A stretch of DNA of 64,000 bases from Sphingomonas sanxanigenens (GCA_037190805.1 JBBCJR010000021.1:32735-96734); one strand, 5' to 3'; shown: positions 35,114 through 44,843, counted from the first letter of the stretch. The notes: generated from the sequence alone by a model not told the origin. A program made the numbers and translations.

Positions 35114-37219
35114 ATGACCAGACTCTTTCTTCGCAGCAGCGCCTTGTCCGGTGCTGTCCTCTCCCTGCTCGTCGCCGCGCCGGCATGGGCGGCGGATGCC
35201 GCCAGTGAGATCGATGGCGGGCAGATTGTCGTCACGGGCGCCAAGATCGTTGGTGGCGGCACCAAGAACGAAGTGCCGCTGGCGGAGGTGCCCAATTCCA
35301 TCACTGTCGTCACGCGCGAGCTGATGGACATGCGGGACATCGCCTCGCTTGAAGACCTGATGCTGCAGACGCCGGGTATCACCGTAACCGGCTCCAATCC
35401 TGAAAACCCCTCGCTGATCTCGCGCGGCTTCAACATCGACAATGTGCTGGTGGACGGCGTGCCGCTGTCCGACTTTCCGGGCACAACGCCGGACCTGGCC
35501 ATCTATGAGCGCATCGAGGTAGCGCGCGGCCCGGCCGGTCTGTTCAGCGGCGTGGGCAGTCCCGCCGGCAGCATCAATTTCGTCCGCAAGCGGCCGACCC
35601 GCGAGATCGCCGTCAAGGCCGGGCTGACAGCCGGGTCATGGGACTATTATCGTGGCGACCTCGACCTCAATCTGCCGGTGACCGAGGGGGGCGACGTCCG
35701 CGCCCGCTTTTCCGGCGCCTATCAGGACCAGCATCATTTCTTCGACGTGGCGCATACGAAGCGCGGCATCATCTATGGAATTGTCGAAGCCGACGTCACG
35801 CCGACCACCAGGGTCGCGGTCGGCGGACACTATCAGAAGCTGGACACGCCGGTGCAGACCGGCCTGCCGGGTTATGTCGCCGGCGGGCTGATCGATCTGC
35901 CGCGCTCGACCTATATCGGCGCGCCGTGGAACGTCATCGAGCAGGACAGCTATGCCGCCTTTGCCGAGCTGACGCAGGCATTCTCCCCGGACTGGCAGCT
36001 CAAGGTCACCGGCCAATATGGTCATACCGACAGCACCCGGCCCTTCGCCTATCTCGGCAATCCGTCGGTCACGCCGACCAGCGGCCTCAACACCTTAGGC
36101 GCCATGCAATCGGAAGGCACGGCTCACCAATACAGTATGGATGCGAACCTGAATGGCTCGTTCACGCTGTTCGGCCATACCCAGGACATCCTGGTTGGCG
36201 CGGACTATCGCGAGACCGAGAGCGACAGCATGGTCGGCCGCAACAACGGTTTCGTCGTCATCGACGTCTATAATCCCACGCACGACATTCCACGCCCCGC
36301 CATGCCCTATCTCAGCAAGACGGACAGCAAGACGAGCCAGTACGGTTTTTACGGCCAGATGCGCCTGCGGCCCTTCGAGCCGCTGACGGTGGTGCTGGGC
36401 GGACGCAGCAGCTACTGGAAGACCAGATCGATCAGCTCGAGCCGCACTGCCGAGGACCGGCCATGGACCGCGCGGCCGGCCAGCGGCTATAGATCAAACG
36501 GTCGCTTCACGCCCTATGCCGGCCTTGTCTATGCGCTCAGCAAGGTCTGGAACGCCTATGCCAGCTATGCCGACAGCCACTCGCCGCAATCGCAGCTGAC
36601 CGACGATGGCGAGCCGGTCGGCCCTGTTACCGGCTCGCAGATCGAGGGCGGCGTCAAGGGCTCGCTGGCCGGTGGGCGAGGGGTCGTGTCGCTGGCCGTC
36701 TATCGCATCACCCAGGCAAATCGGGCCCAGGCGGATCCCGCTTATCCCGACGGCTCTGGCTTCTACGTCGGCACCGGCGAGGTGCAGAGCAAGGGCGTGG
36801 AGGTGGAAATGACCGGCCGCGTCATGCCGAACTGGATGATCTCCGGCGGCTATACCTACACCGTCAACAAATATACCCAGGATGCCACGAACCAGGGCAG
36901 GCCGTTCAATGCCATCGGCCCCAGGCACAGCCTGAAGCTGTGGACCAACTATCGGTTCGAGAGCGGCGCGCTGGACGGACTGGACATTGGCGGCTCGGTC
37001 AACGCGTTCAGCAAGTCGGTCGGCGATAATGTCGAGCAGAAGGGTTATATGGTCGCCGGCGTACAGGCCGGCTATCGCCTGGCTCAGAACCTCCGGCTGC
37101 AGGTGTCGCTCAACAACCTTTTCGACAAGGTTTATTACACTCGCATCCGCTATACGCGGAACGGCAACTACTATGGCGATCCGCGTAACATCCGGGTGAC
37201 TCTGCGCGGTACCTTTTGA
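35114..37219 (+). CDS. TonB-dependent siderophore receptor
   Basis: ATG 35114. Signal peptide ...LLVAAPAWAADA; plug GQIVVTGAK...ERIEVARGPAGLFSGVGSPAGSINFV; C-terminal ...RNIRVTLRGTF. Confidence 0.85.
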   Translation: MTRLFLRSSALSGAVLSLLVAAPAWAADAASEIDGGQIVVTGAKIVGGGTKNEVPLAEVPNSITVVTRELMDMRDIASLEDLMLQTPGITVTGSNPENPSLISRGFNIDNVLVDGVPLSDFPGTTPDLAIYERIEVARGPAGLFSGVGSPAGSINFVRKRPTREIAVKAGLTAGSWDYYRGDLDLNLPVTEGGDVRARFSGAYQDQHHFFDVAHTKRGIIYGIVEADVTPTTRVAVGGHYQKLDTPVQTGLPGYVAGGLIDLPRSTYIGAPWNVIEQDSYAAFAELTQAFSPDWQLKVTGQYGHTDSTRPFAYLGNPSVTPTSGLNTLGAMQSEGTAHQYSMDANLNGSFTLFGHTQDILVGADYRETESDSMVGRNNGFVVIDVYNPTHDIPRPAMPYLSKTDSKTSQYGFYGQMRLRPFEPLTVVLGGRSSYWKTRSISSSRTAEDRPWTARPASGYRSNGRFTPYAGLVYALSKVWNAYASYADSHSPQSQLTDDGEPVGPVTGSQIEGGVKGSLAGGRGVVSLAVYRITQANRAQADPAYPDGSGFYVGTGEVQSKGVEVEMTGRVMPNWMISGGYTYTVNKYTQDATNQGRPFNAIGPRHSLKLWTNYRFESGALDGLDIGGSVNAFSKSVGDNVEQKGYMVAGVQAGYRLAQNLRLQVSLNNLFDKVYYTRIRYTRNGNYYGDPRNIRVTLRGTF

Positions 37220-37444
37220 CGATCAGGTCCTCGCGCCGGGTTCAGACCAGCGGCCATTCATGGTTTCCGGCCACGGCGCGAAGGTCGTCAGGATGGCGAA
37301 CGCGAACAGCACGACATGCGGGCGGTGCAGTGAGCGTCGTCGGGTCCGGATCGCGTCCGCGATGGGCATGGCGGTGCAGGCATATCGAATCAGCATAATG
37401 TCCGCTCCCTTCCGTAGCTGTTCCAGATAATCCGACCACTATTG

Positions 37445-38045
37445 CGCCATCTCCATCCGCTCTTTCCATCCAGTGCGCGCCGCGATGGTAGGCCGCGCAC
37501 AACTTGTCGTTGTCGCCGTGAGCAAGCGCGCGCCGATGGCGTCAGAATGCCACTTGCCGCTTTCGTTCAGTAGAGTGAATGCTGCCGTTCGGAAATCGTG
37601 AGCGGTCGTTTCGTCACCGGTAAATCCCAAACTCCACAAGCCCGCGTTGACCGTGTTCTCGGGTATGGGGTGGGGGCCGGGTGCAGATTGATGGAAAGAC
37701 ATAACCAACCGGGTCAGTGACGGGTCGTAGTTCCCGGAACAGTTCGATGGACTAGCGCGACAATGAAACTCGATGTTCCTGCTTCATTTTCATCTTTGCG
37801 GTTGGAATGATCCATATACTCATCCCAAGGTCGATTTCTTCCCACTCGGCATGGCGCAGCTCGTCGCGGCGAATGAAGACATGACGGACGGCAGAGATGC
37901 TAGCCTGATTAGCCCAAGACCATCGTAATCGCCTATCGCCCTGAGCGGTTCATAAACGCGATTGGGATTTGCGATTGCGCCATAATTCTTTGGCTGTGGA
38001 AGTGATCGCTCTTTTATATCGCGTATTTGACCAATTGTTACCCAT
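37445..38045 (-). pseudogene. Tyrosine recombinase (P4-like integrase) C-terminal half, frameshifted
   Basis: My translation of three minus frames gives the pieces in order: QIRDIKERSLPQPKNYGAI... / AVRHVFIRRDELRHAEWEEIDLGMSIWIIPTAKMKMKQEHRVSLSR(stop) / FRELRPVTDPVGYVFPS / ENTVNAGLWSLGFTGDETTAHDFRTAAFTLLNESGKWHSDAIGARL / AHGDNDKLCAAYHRGAHWMER. Catalytic HxxR and AY.R contexts are present. There is at least one in-frame stop and three frame changes, and the N-terminal half is missing. Confidence 0.75.
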
Positions 38046-38078
38046 GATCCTCTCTGGGATCCGTTGAAATCAAAAAAT

Positions 38079-38098
38079 CACTGAGGATAATCTCAGTG
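38079..38098. repeat. Perfect 7-bp inverted repeat CACTGAG-GATAAT-CTCAGTG in the AT-rich pilus-operon leader
   Basis: Read directly from the sequence. TCACTGAG recurs at 38104-38111. A 12-bp palindrome TTCTCTAGAGAA lies at 38211-38222. Function is unknown. Confidence 0.5.
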
Positions 38099-38463
38099 CG
38101 CCCTCACTGAGCGGAGCTTGTTTCTATGTATCCCCGGTCATGGAAAGAGGGCAGAGCAAGGCAGGCATAGCGTCGATGTTCAGAATCGCATTCGAGAGGC
38201 GCCTAAATTTTTCTCTAGAGAAGTGAAACTCTGAATCGCAGCGGATTATGGCTTGAGCCATTATATAAAGCTGTAATGAGGCTCATAAAATGAAAGAAAA
38301 TGATCCAGAAACTCATAAAATATCACGATTTTTCTGAGAAATCCAAGAAACGATTTTCCATTTGTCCAATGTTAACCATTTTGGCGGAGCATGATTCTCA
38401 TGAAATTAGAAAGGTATTTCTGCCATTTTTGGTTAGGTGAATCATAACAATGGAGGGCTTGTC

Positions 38464-39009
38464 ATGGACGGCAAATTTTCTCGAGTATGCAGTTCGCTCG
38501 TGGTACCCGTTATGCTGGCTTTCCCAGCCCAAGCAGATATCAATGGGACGATTGATGCAACAATTACTCTAGAAGCTGGCTGCATAATCAATGGCCAGAA
38601 CCATGACGATGGCGCCACTGCTGCCAATTTCGGGAGCATGGATTTTGGTGCCCATAATACGCTGTTTACGCAAGCCGACGCCCAGGTGGTCAACGGTGCC
38701 AGTGCTTTTGAAATCCAATGCAGTCCTGGAATTTCACCCGTTCTCTCCTTCGGCGCCGGGGAAAATGACAACCAAGGTGCGGGTGGCGGGCTTCGCGCCA
38801 TGGCTCATAGCACCGAAGCCAATAAATATGTGACCTACAATCTCTATTCGGACCCAGCTCGCGGGGTTCTAATTCCAATTGGCGGCGATCTTACTTTGGC
38901 CTCGACAGGAGCCCTGCAGACTGTCGACGTATATGGCCGCGCATTTGGAGAATCTGGCCTCGTCATGGGAACCTATAACGACGTAATTACAGTTGTTCTC
39001 GAATTATAG
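38464..39009 (+). CDS. SCPU (spore-coat-protein-U) domain pilin, Csu-type archaic chaperone-usher subunit
   Basis: ATG 38464 with SD GGAGGG. Signal peptide ...VMLAFPAQA. EAGCIING...FGSMDF. C-terminal motif YNDVITVVLEL is shared with the two other SCPU proteins. First gene upstream of the chaperone and usher. Confidence 0.75.
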   Translation: MDGKFSRVCSSLVVPVMLAFPAQADINGTIDATITLEAGCIINGQNHDDGATAANFGSMDFGAHNTLFTQADAQVVNGASAFEIQCSPGISPVLSFGAGENDNQGAGGGLRAMAHSTEANKYVTYNLYSDPARGVLIPIGGDLTLASTGALQTVDVYGRAFGESGLVMGTYNDVITVVLEL

Positions 39010-39045
39010 GGCAGCGAGAAAGGCGGCCTTCTGTGATTAAGTGCC

Positions 39046-39588
39046 ATGTCGATCCTTCATCAATGGGGTCGTCTGGCAGCCGCCGCATCCTGCTTGGGCG
39101 GAGGCTTTCATTCAGCCTACGCTGAAACGACTGCCCAGTTTCAAGTTACTGCGAGTATAGAAGCGGGCTGCCTCGTCGATGGTGTGGGCAGTAACGGCAA
39201 TGCTGGAACGGTAGGAATTCTCGATTTTGGACGAGATTCCACTTTTTCCACAGCCACACGCATGACCAGTCTTGTTGGTTCGCAGTCGATCCGATTGCGG
39301 TGCACGCCGGGCCTGAGCGTATCGATGACCATTGATGGCGGACAGCATGCTGCCTTGGGCAGCCGACAGCTTCAGCTTCAAGACGGTGACGGGGATCGGA
39401 TCGGATACGGATTATGCGCAGATGCCGCTTGTAGCCAGCCGATCCCGATTGGCGGCGGAGCCAGCATGGCCGTCACCGGCAGTAACGAAAACGATGTGCT
39501 GTTGCCTGTCTATGGCGTGCTGACTCTTCCGGGAGATCTTCCCGCTGGAACATATACTGACACGCTGCTGATTACTCTGTCCTGGTAG
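39046..39588 (+). CDS. SCPU domain pilin subunit (second)
   Basis: 180 aa. Signal peptide ...GGGFHSAYA. EAGCLVDG...LDFG, IRLRCTPG, and C-terminal YTDTLLITLSW. Confidence 0.75.
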   Translation: MSILHQWGRLAAAASCLGGGFHSAYAETTAQFQVTASIEAGCLVDGVGSNGNAGTVGILDFGRDSTFSTATRMTSLVGSQSIRLRCTPGLSVSMTIDGGQHAALGSRQLQLQDGDGDRIGYGLCADAACSQPIPIGGGASMAVTGSNENDVLLPVYGVLTLPGDLPAGTYTDTLLITLSW

Positions 39589-39605
39589 AGACGAAGGGGG
39601 AGTAT

Positions 39606-40355
39606 ATGATCAGAATAATCGCTATCAGTGCTTTTGCAGCACTTTGCATCACGCATCCGGCGGCAGCCCAATCGCCAGGATCGCTTTTGATATGGCCGGT
39701 CAATCCTGTCATTCCCGCAGAGAAGCGGGCTGCGGCGTTGTGGCTCGAAAATCCTGGAAAAACACCAATCACCTTGCAAGTCCAAGTCTTTGCCTGGTCT
39801 CAACAAGAAGCCAAGAACGTTTACGCGCCGCAAAACAATATTGTCGGAACTCCGCCGATCGTAACCATCGAGCCCGGCCAGCGGCAACTCGTCAGGCTGA
39901 CACGAACGATGCCTACGCTGAACCCAGAAGAAGCATATCGTGTGGTGGTAGACGAAATTCCTGTCCGTGTCGCTTCCAGTTCGGTTTCGTCCGGCGCGGC
40001 GGTCAGTTTCCGCATGCGCTATTCCATTCCGTTATTCGGCTACAGGGAGAAAGGTGATCCGCAATTGCGGCAACGAGCCGCAAGTGCTCCGGACAGTTCA
40101 GGGCTGCATTGGCGGGCCGACCATGAGGGGCGCTTTCTCGAGGTGCGCAACGATGGACGTTTTCACGCAAAGCTTGTCGATGTTGCCTTCAAAGATGCCG
40201 CAGGCATGTCCCCTGTTGCCAATGGCCTGCTTGGCTATGTTCTTCCGGGCGCTTCCATGCGTTGGCCACTTCCCGATACCGCCACGATCAAGGACACCCT
40301 CTTCGCGACGGTCAACGGTGCTCCCCCTAGGCCGATATCGTCAGTCACAAAGTGA
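39606..40355 (+). CDS. Periplasmic pilus chaperone (PapD/CsuC-like)
   Basis: 249 aa with signal peptide. LLIWPVNPVIPAEKRAAALWLENPGKTPITLQVQVFAW is typical of chaperone N-domains. Positioned between the pilins and the usher. Confidence 0.8.
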   Translation: MIRIIAISAFAALCITHPAAAQSPGSLLIWPVNPVIPAEKRAAALWLENPGKTPITLQVQVFAWSQQEAKNVYAPQNNIVGTPPIVTIEPGQRQLVRLTRTMPTLNPEEAYRVVVDEIPVRVASSSVSSGAAVSFRMRYSIPLFGYREKGDPQLRQRAASAPDSSGLHWRADHEGRFLEVRNDGRFHAKLVDVAFKDAAGMSPVANGLLGYVLPGASMRWPLPDTATIKDTLFATVNGAPPRPISSVTK

Positions 40356-40361
40356 CGTACG

Positions 40362-42725
40362 ATGACGTGCGGTGGAGCCAGAAGGGGAGCGAAGTCGCTC
40401 ATCGTGATCCTCTTCCTGTTCTTCATTGCGTCGATCTGCCTACTGCCGAAGCCGGCCTATGCCGCGCCCTCGCAGGCGTTGGTCTACGCCGACCTGCCGC
40501 CTCCACTGCCGATCGCTGCTGCAAATCCCGGTGAAATGACCCTCTATCTCGAACTCGTGGTCAATGGCCTTGAGACGGGGACGATCTCACCCGTTCTCAA
40601 GTCGACGGATTGCTTCATGGTGCCGGCAGCGGACCTCCACCGTGTCGGTCTGATCTCCGATTTCGACGAGGAGCGCGTCTGCCTCAGCGCACTGCCCGGC
40701 GTTAAGACCGAGTACGACGCTTCCCGACAAAAACTGCACCTGATGCTGCCGCCGGGTCAGCTGCGCGGGCAGAATTTGAGCGCGCCCCATGCCGCGTTCG
40801 AGCAGGCGCGTGGGGCGACCGGAGCCTTGCTCAATTATGAGGTGTTCGCCAGCGATGGTGGCGGCACGTCGCCACTGATTTCCATGTGGCATGAAGCCCG
40901 CCTGTTCAGCCCTGGAGGGCTCTTCTCCTCCACCGGCGTGGTGCGTTCGCGAGGAGGAGCCTCGTTCACACGATATGACACACGCCTGCTGAGATCCGAG
41001 GAAAATCGGATGACGACATTGGAGGTGGGCGATGTCGTCACGCGCGGCGTTGCATGGGCATCTGCCGTCCGTCTCGGCGGCATTCAGTTCTCGCGCGATT
41101 TTTCGGTACGTCCCGACGTCATTACCTATCCGCTGCCTGAATTCACGGGTGAGGCGGCACTGCCTTCAACCGTCGAATTGTTCATCAACCGGCAGCGTCT
41201 TATGAACGGGATCGTCAATCCCGGGCCGTTCGCGATTGAAACCGGGCCGTCGATCAGCGGGCTTGGGGAAGCGAATATCGTTGTAACCGATATGCTCGGC
41301 CGCAGCGTCTCCACGACGATGCCATTTTACGTCAGCAGCGCGCTTCTGCGGCGTGGTTTGAATGACTATGCGGTCTCCATTGGCGCTCTTCGTTATGGCT
41401 ACGGGTTCAAGAATTTCGACTATGGCAAGCTTGCGGGAACAGCCTCTGCGCGGCACGGCCTGACGAACTCCGTCACGCTGGAGGCCAATGTCCAGGCGAC
41501 ACGCGACTTGTTGGTCATCGGCGGGGGCGGCGTCGTCGGCCTTGGCTCTCTGGGGGTTTTGGGCGCCTCATACGCCAGAAGCTGGCGTGACGGTGCTGGC
41601 GGTGGCCAGCTTTCAGCCAATTACGAGTATCTGACGCGCGATTTTTCGATCAACCTGAGGCATGTTCGGCAGGATGCTGCCTTCGCGCAACTGGGTTCGG
41701 GGCCTCGCGGCCTCGACCGTGGCAAGCAGCGTGTGTCATCGGTTACGTCCAATATTTTCCTTGGTTCGATGGGCGCGGTCAGCGCAGGATATTTCGATGT
41801 CCGGGCGGGAAAATCCGGCGGGCGCCTCGCCAATATTTCCTGGTCCTTACCGTTCGTGCGGCAAAGTCGCCTCCATGCTTCGGCCTCGCGGGAGTTCAAG
41901 GAACGGACCTGGTCTGCGATGCTCACCCTGTCGCTGCCGCTTGGGCAGCGCCGTGGCACGGCCAGCAGCAGCATTCTTCGGGATGCGGGAGGGGGACGCA
42001 ACTGGCGTCTGGATTATGCTCGTCATGTCCCGTCGGCGGGCGGACTTGGGGTGCGTGGCAGCGTCTCGCAGTCCGCGAACCGGCCTGTCTATATGCAGAG
42101 CGACATCACCTGGCGAACTCCGCAGGCCCAGCTTCGCGGTGGTGCGTACGGCGATCGGGCAGCTACGGGCTGGGTCAGCGTCAGTGGCTCACTTGTCGCG
42201 ATGGACAAAGCGGTTTTCGCTGCCAACCGCATTGCCGACGCCTTCGCGTTGGTCAGCACCAATGGCGTTGCAGATATCCCGATCAGATATGAAAATCAGC
42301 TAGTCGGCCGCACGAACCGTCGTGGTCATGTCCTGATCCCTTGGGTCAGCGCTTATTATCGCGCCAAATATGAGATCGACCCATTGTCGCTCGACGCCAA
42401 TGTGAAGGTACCGATCGTTACCCAGCATGTGGCGGTCTCACGCGGCAGTGGCGCGTTGGTGGCGTTCCCCATCGAGCGCATGAAGGCGGCTCGAGCAACG
42501 GTTCTGGATTCCGCGGGAAATCCGTTGTCGGCTGGGTCCGTGGCAACCGTGAACGAAGCATCGTCAGCCTATATCGGTTGGGACGGTATGCTGTTCATGG
42601 AGAATCTGAGCGCCTCCAATCATATCTCGGTCGGATTGGCTGAAGGTAGATCCTGCACATTTGGTTTTGCTGCCGAAATGGATACGGATGATATCCTCGA
42701 TCTTGGAACGCTCACATGCCGATAG
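40362..42725 (+). CDS. Outer-membrane pilus usher (PapC/CsuD-like)
   Basis: 787 aa with signal peptide. N-terminal LYLELVVNGLETG is usher-like. Size and position fit an usher. Confidence 0.8.
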   Translation: MTCGGARRGAKSLIVILFLFFIASICLLPKPAYAAPSQALVYADLPPPLPIAAANPGEMTLYLELVVNGLETGTISPVLKSTDCFMVPAADLHRVGLISDFDEERVCLSALPGVKTEYDASRQKLHLMLPPGQLRGQNLSAPHAAFEQARGATGALLNYEVFASDGGGTSPLISMWHEARLFSPGGLFSSTGVVRSRGGASFTRYDTRLLRSEENRMTTLEVGDVVTRGVAWASAVRLGGIQFSRDFSVRPDVITYPLPEFTGEAALPSTVELFINRQRLMNGIVNPGPFAIETGPSISGLGEANIVVTDMLGRSVSTTMPFYVSSALLRRGLNDYAVSIGALRYGYGFKNFDYGKLAGTASARHGLTNSVTLEANVQATRDLLVIGGGGVVGLGSLGVLGASYARSWRDGAGGGQLSANYEYLTRDFSINLRHVRQDAAFAQLGSGPRGLDRGKQRVSSVTSNIFLGSMGAVSAGYFDVRAGKSGGRLANISWSLPFVRQSRLHASASREFKERTWSAMLTLSLPLGQRRGTASSSILRDAGGGRNWRLDYARHVPSAGGLGVRGSVSQSANRPVYMQSDITWRTPQAQLRGGAYGDRAATGWVSVSGSLVAMDKAVFAANRIADAFALVSTNGVADIPIRYENQLVGRTNRRGHVLIPWVSAYYRAKYEIDPLSLDANVKVPIVTQHVAVSRGSGALVAFPIERMKAARATVLDSAGNPLSAGSVATVNEASSAYIGWDGMLFMENLSASNHISVGLAEGRSCTFGFAAEMDTDDILDLGTLTCR

Positions 42726-43711
42726 GGGCGTGGCGAATGGCGCGATATGTCGCGGCCATGATCTGCGGCTTCGCCGGTGTGCCGGCGATCGCCTGCACAT
42801 TGGATCATAGCAGCGTCTCGCTGGGCAGTGAATCCTCCTTCGTCGTTGGCACGACGGTACAGCGGGGGAGTGGGGCGAGCGGTCTGGAATGCGATGTGAC
42901 GCTGGCCGCCCTGGCGACCCACTATGTTGGACTGACGGTGGATGCCTCAACGTTTCAACTCGAAGGTCCGGCGGGTCAGAAAATCAACTTCGAGGTTGCG
43001 CTTTCCGAGAATGGGGCGGCGCTGACGACCGGAAACTTCTATAATCTCTCGTCCATCAGCGTGCTCAGCTTGTTTTCCGGCACAGGAAATTCGGTACCGA
43101 TCTATGTTCGGACAATCCCTAAGCCTGGACTAGGGGCAGGAATCTACCGGGGCAGCATCGCAATACGTTGGCACTACTCTGTATGCTCGTTCGGATTGAT
43201 CGCCTGCGTTACGCATTCAAGCAGCCCCGGATTTGTAAGACCCTTCTTGTTCACTCCGCTCAACTGGGGAACTGGCTCTGTCGTGAACGTCGATGTTGAA
43301 CTAACTCTTGAGAACGACTGCATGATCTCAGCGCCGAACATAAATTTCGGCGCGGCACCCCTAGTCGGCAAGTTCAATCCAGTAACTCAGACGATTTCCA
43401 TAAGATGCAGTGCCGGCACGGCCTACACGGTTGGGCTGGATAATGGAGGCAACGCGGAAGGCAGTGTGCGGCGGATGCACAACGGCGGTCATTATCTTCG
43501 CTATGAAATATATAAATCTGCCACATCGCCCGATCGCTGGGGTCGCCAGGGGACGGAACGCCGCAGCAGCGACAGTGCGGAGGTCAATCCTGGCACATAT
43601 GACGCGGTCGTCGCTCAGGGCTTTGGCTACCGCGCTCAGATTCTCATTGATCAGCAAACTCCGCCTGCGGGAGCGTATGCTGATACCGTAACGATTGATG
43701 TCTCCTTCTGA
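42716..43711 (+). CDS. Two-domain SCPU protein, candidate tip adhesin (CsuE-like)
   Basis: 331 aa (ATG 42716 or 42737). The C-terminal half is a canonical SCPU domain (ENDCMISAPNINFG...ISIRCSAGTAYTV...YADTVTIDVSF). The N-terminal half is divergent and ends in GIYRGSIAIRWHY. Confidence 0.7.
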   Translation: MPIGAWRMARYVAAMICGFAGVPAIACTLDHSSVSLGSESSFVVGTTVQRGSGASGLECDVTLAALATHYVGLTVDASTFQLEGPAGQKINFEVALSENGAALTTGNFYNLSSISVLSLFSGTGNSVPIYVRTIPKPGLGAGIYRGSIAIRWHYSVCSFGLIACVTHSSSPGFVRPFLFTPLNWGTGSVVNVDVELTLENDCMISAPNINFGAAPLVGKFNPVTQTISIRCSAGTAYTVGLDNGGNAEGSVRRMHNGGHYLRYEIYKSATSPDRWGRQGTERRSSDSAEVNPGTYDAVVAQGFGYRAQILIDQQTPPAGAYADTVTIDVSF

Positions 43712-43804
43712 CTGTAAAATCCGGATAAAATCCGCTGGCTTGGTTGATCTTCCTTCCGCTGAGTGGGCCAGAGGCTATGATAGTCTGGACCACGAAATTG
43801 ACAT

Positions 43805-44110
43805 TGAATGCCTAGCAAGAAGCACATGCCGGAAGAGATCGGCAAGCTGCGTGAAGTTGAGCTCGTGTTGGCTCGGGGGGCTCGACCGCGGAGGCCTGCC
43901 GGCGGATCGCGGTTAGCGAGCAGACAACTATCGCTAACGCAAGGAATATGGCGGGATGAAGGTCGATCAAACGTCGGGGACGCAAGACCTAGAGAAGGAG
44001 AACTAGCGGCTGCGCCGTGCGATCTCGGACTGACGCTAGGCAAGCTGATCCTGCAGTAAACCGCGAAGGGAAGCTTCTGAGCTCCGTGCGGCGGCGACGC
44101 TGCATCAATC
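43805..44110 (+). mobile_element. IS3-family orfA remnant with multiple stops
   Basis: KKHMPEEIGKLREVELVLARG, then across frames RKEYGGMKVDQTSGTQDLEKEN(stop)RLRRAISDLTLGKLILQ. This is the typical IS3 orfA leucine-zipper region. It is truncated where the next relic begins. Confidence 0.65.
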
Positions 44111-44124
44111 AGTTACGACGAAAT

Positions 44125-44531
44125 CTGCCTATCCGGGTACCCTGAAGCTTTGTATTCATGTCACCCTTGGTGCGATTGATCAGGCGTCCAAGGTCCCCTT
44201 TTTGCCGACAGACTCGATGCCGTTCGGTGCGCCTTCAGATAGGTCGCGTCGATAATAGCCGTCTTGCGCTCGGCACCCGTGGAGGACAGCCCTTCCATGA
44301 TCTGGGTGAAGGCACCCATCTGCCCCCAAGCGCTTCCAACGGTTGTAGAGCGTCTTTTGCGGCCTGTATTTGTTGTCTCGGTGCATCGCGCCAGCGCAGC
44401 CCGTTGCGGTTCACGAAGACGATCCCGCTCAACACCCGACGATCATTCACCCGAGGCTTGCCGCAGCTCTTCGGAAAATATGGCTCGAGCCGCGACATTT
44501 GCTCGTCCGTCAACCAGTACGGGTCACTCAA
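44125..44531 (-). mobile_element. IS5-family transposase remnant (frameshifted, 3' truncated)
   Basis: WLTDEQMSRLEPYFPKSCGKPRVNDRRVLSGIVFVNRNGLRWRDAP, then in other frames PQKTLYNRWKR and GDLGRLINRTKGDMNTKLQ. No intact ORF remains. Confidence 0.7.
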
Positions 44532-44774
44532 TCCAATCTCTTCAAGGAGGCTGAATCACATCAAGTCGCTTATATCAATTGGTTCTTCCCCTAGGGCCTT
44601 AATTCCATGCGCCCTCACGTGCCCTGGTGAATCGCCCCGTTGGACAACGTTTAGCTTAGTGCTCCTCAGTCCTCAGCTCCGGTTTGCAGAATTTTTCTGG
44701 ATTGTGGACCGATGGCAAAAATCTGACGATAATCTGACGCTGCAATTACAAATTTTGCAAACTCTCAATTGTTC

Positions 44775-44827
44775 ATTGCGACGCATTATTAACTGACGAT
44801 ACGTGCCCCTGTCTGAAAATCGTTTTC
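44775..44827. promoter_or_regulatory. Candidate iron-responsive operator region upstream of the TonB receptor
   Basis: ATTGCGACGCATTA (44775-44788) matches the 33930-33943 motif at 12 of 14 positions. It is followed by the inverted hexamers GAAAAT-C-GTTTTC (44815-44827), which resemble the GATAAT-N-ATTATC Fur core. Confidence 0.3.
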
Positions 44828-44843
44828 AATAGATAGGGGCCAT

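Noticed and set aside
37223-37396. 57-codon minus-strand ORF (MLIRYACTAMPIADAIRTRRRSLHRPHVVLFAFAILTTF...) just after the siderophore receptor
   Set aside because: It is below the cutoff, has no SD and belongs to no recognisable family. It lies in the decayed zone next to the integrase relic.
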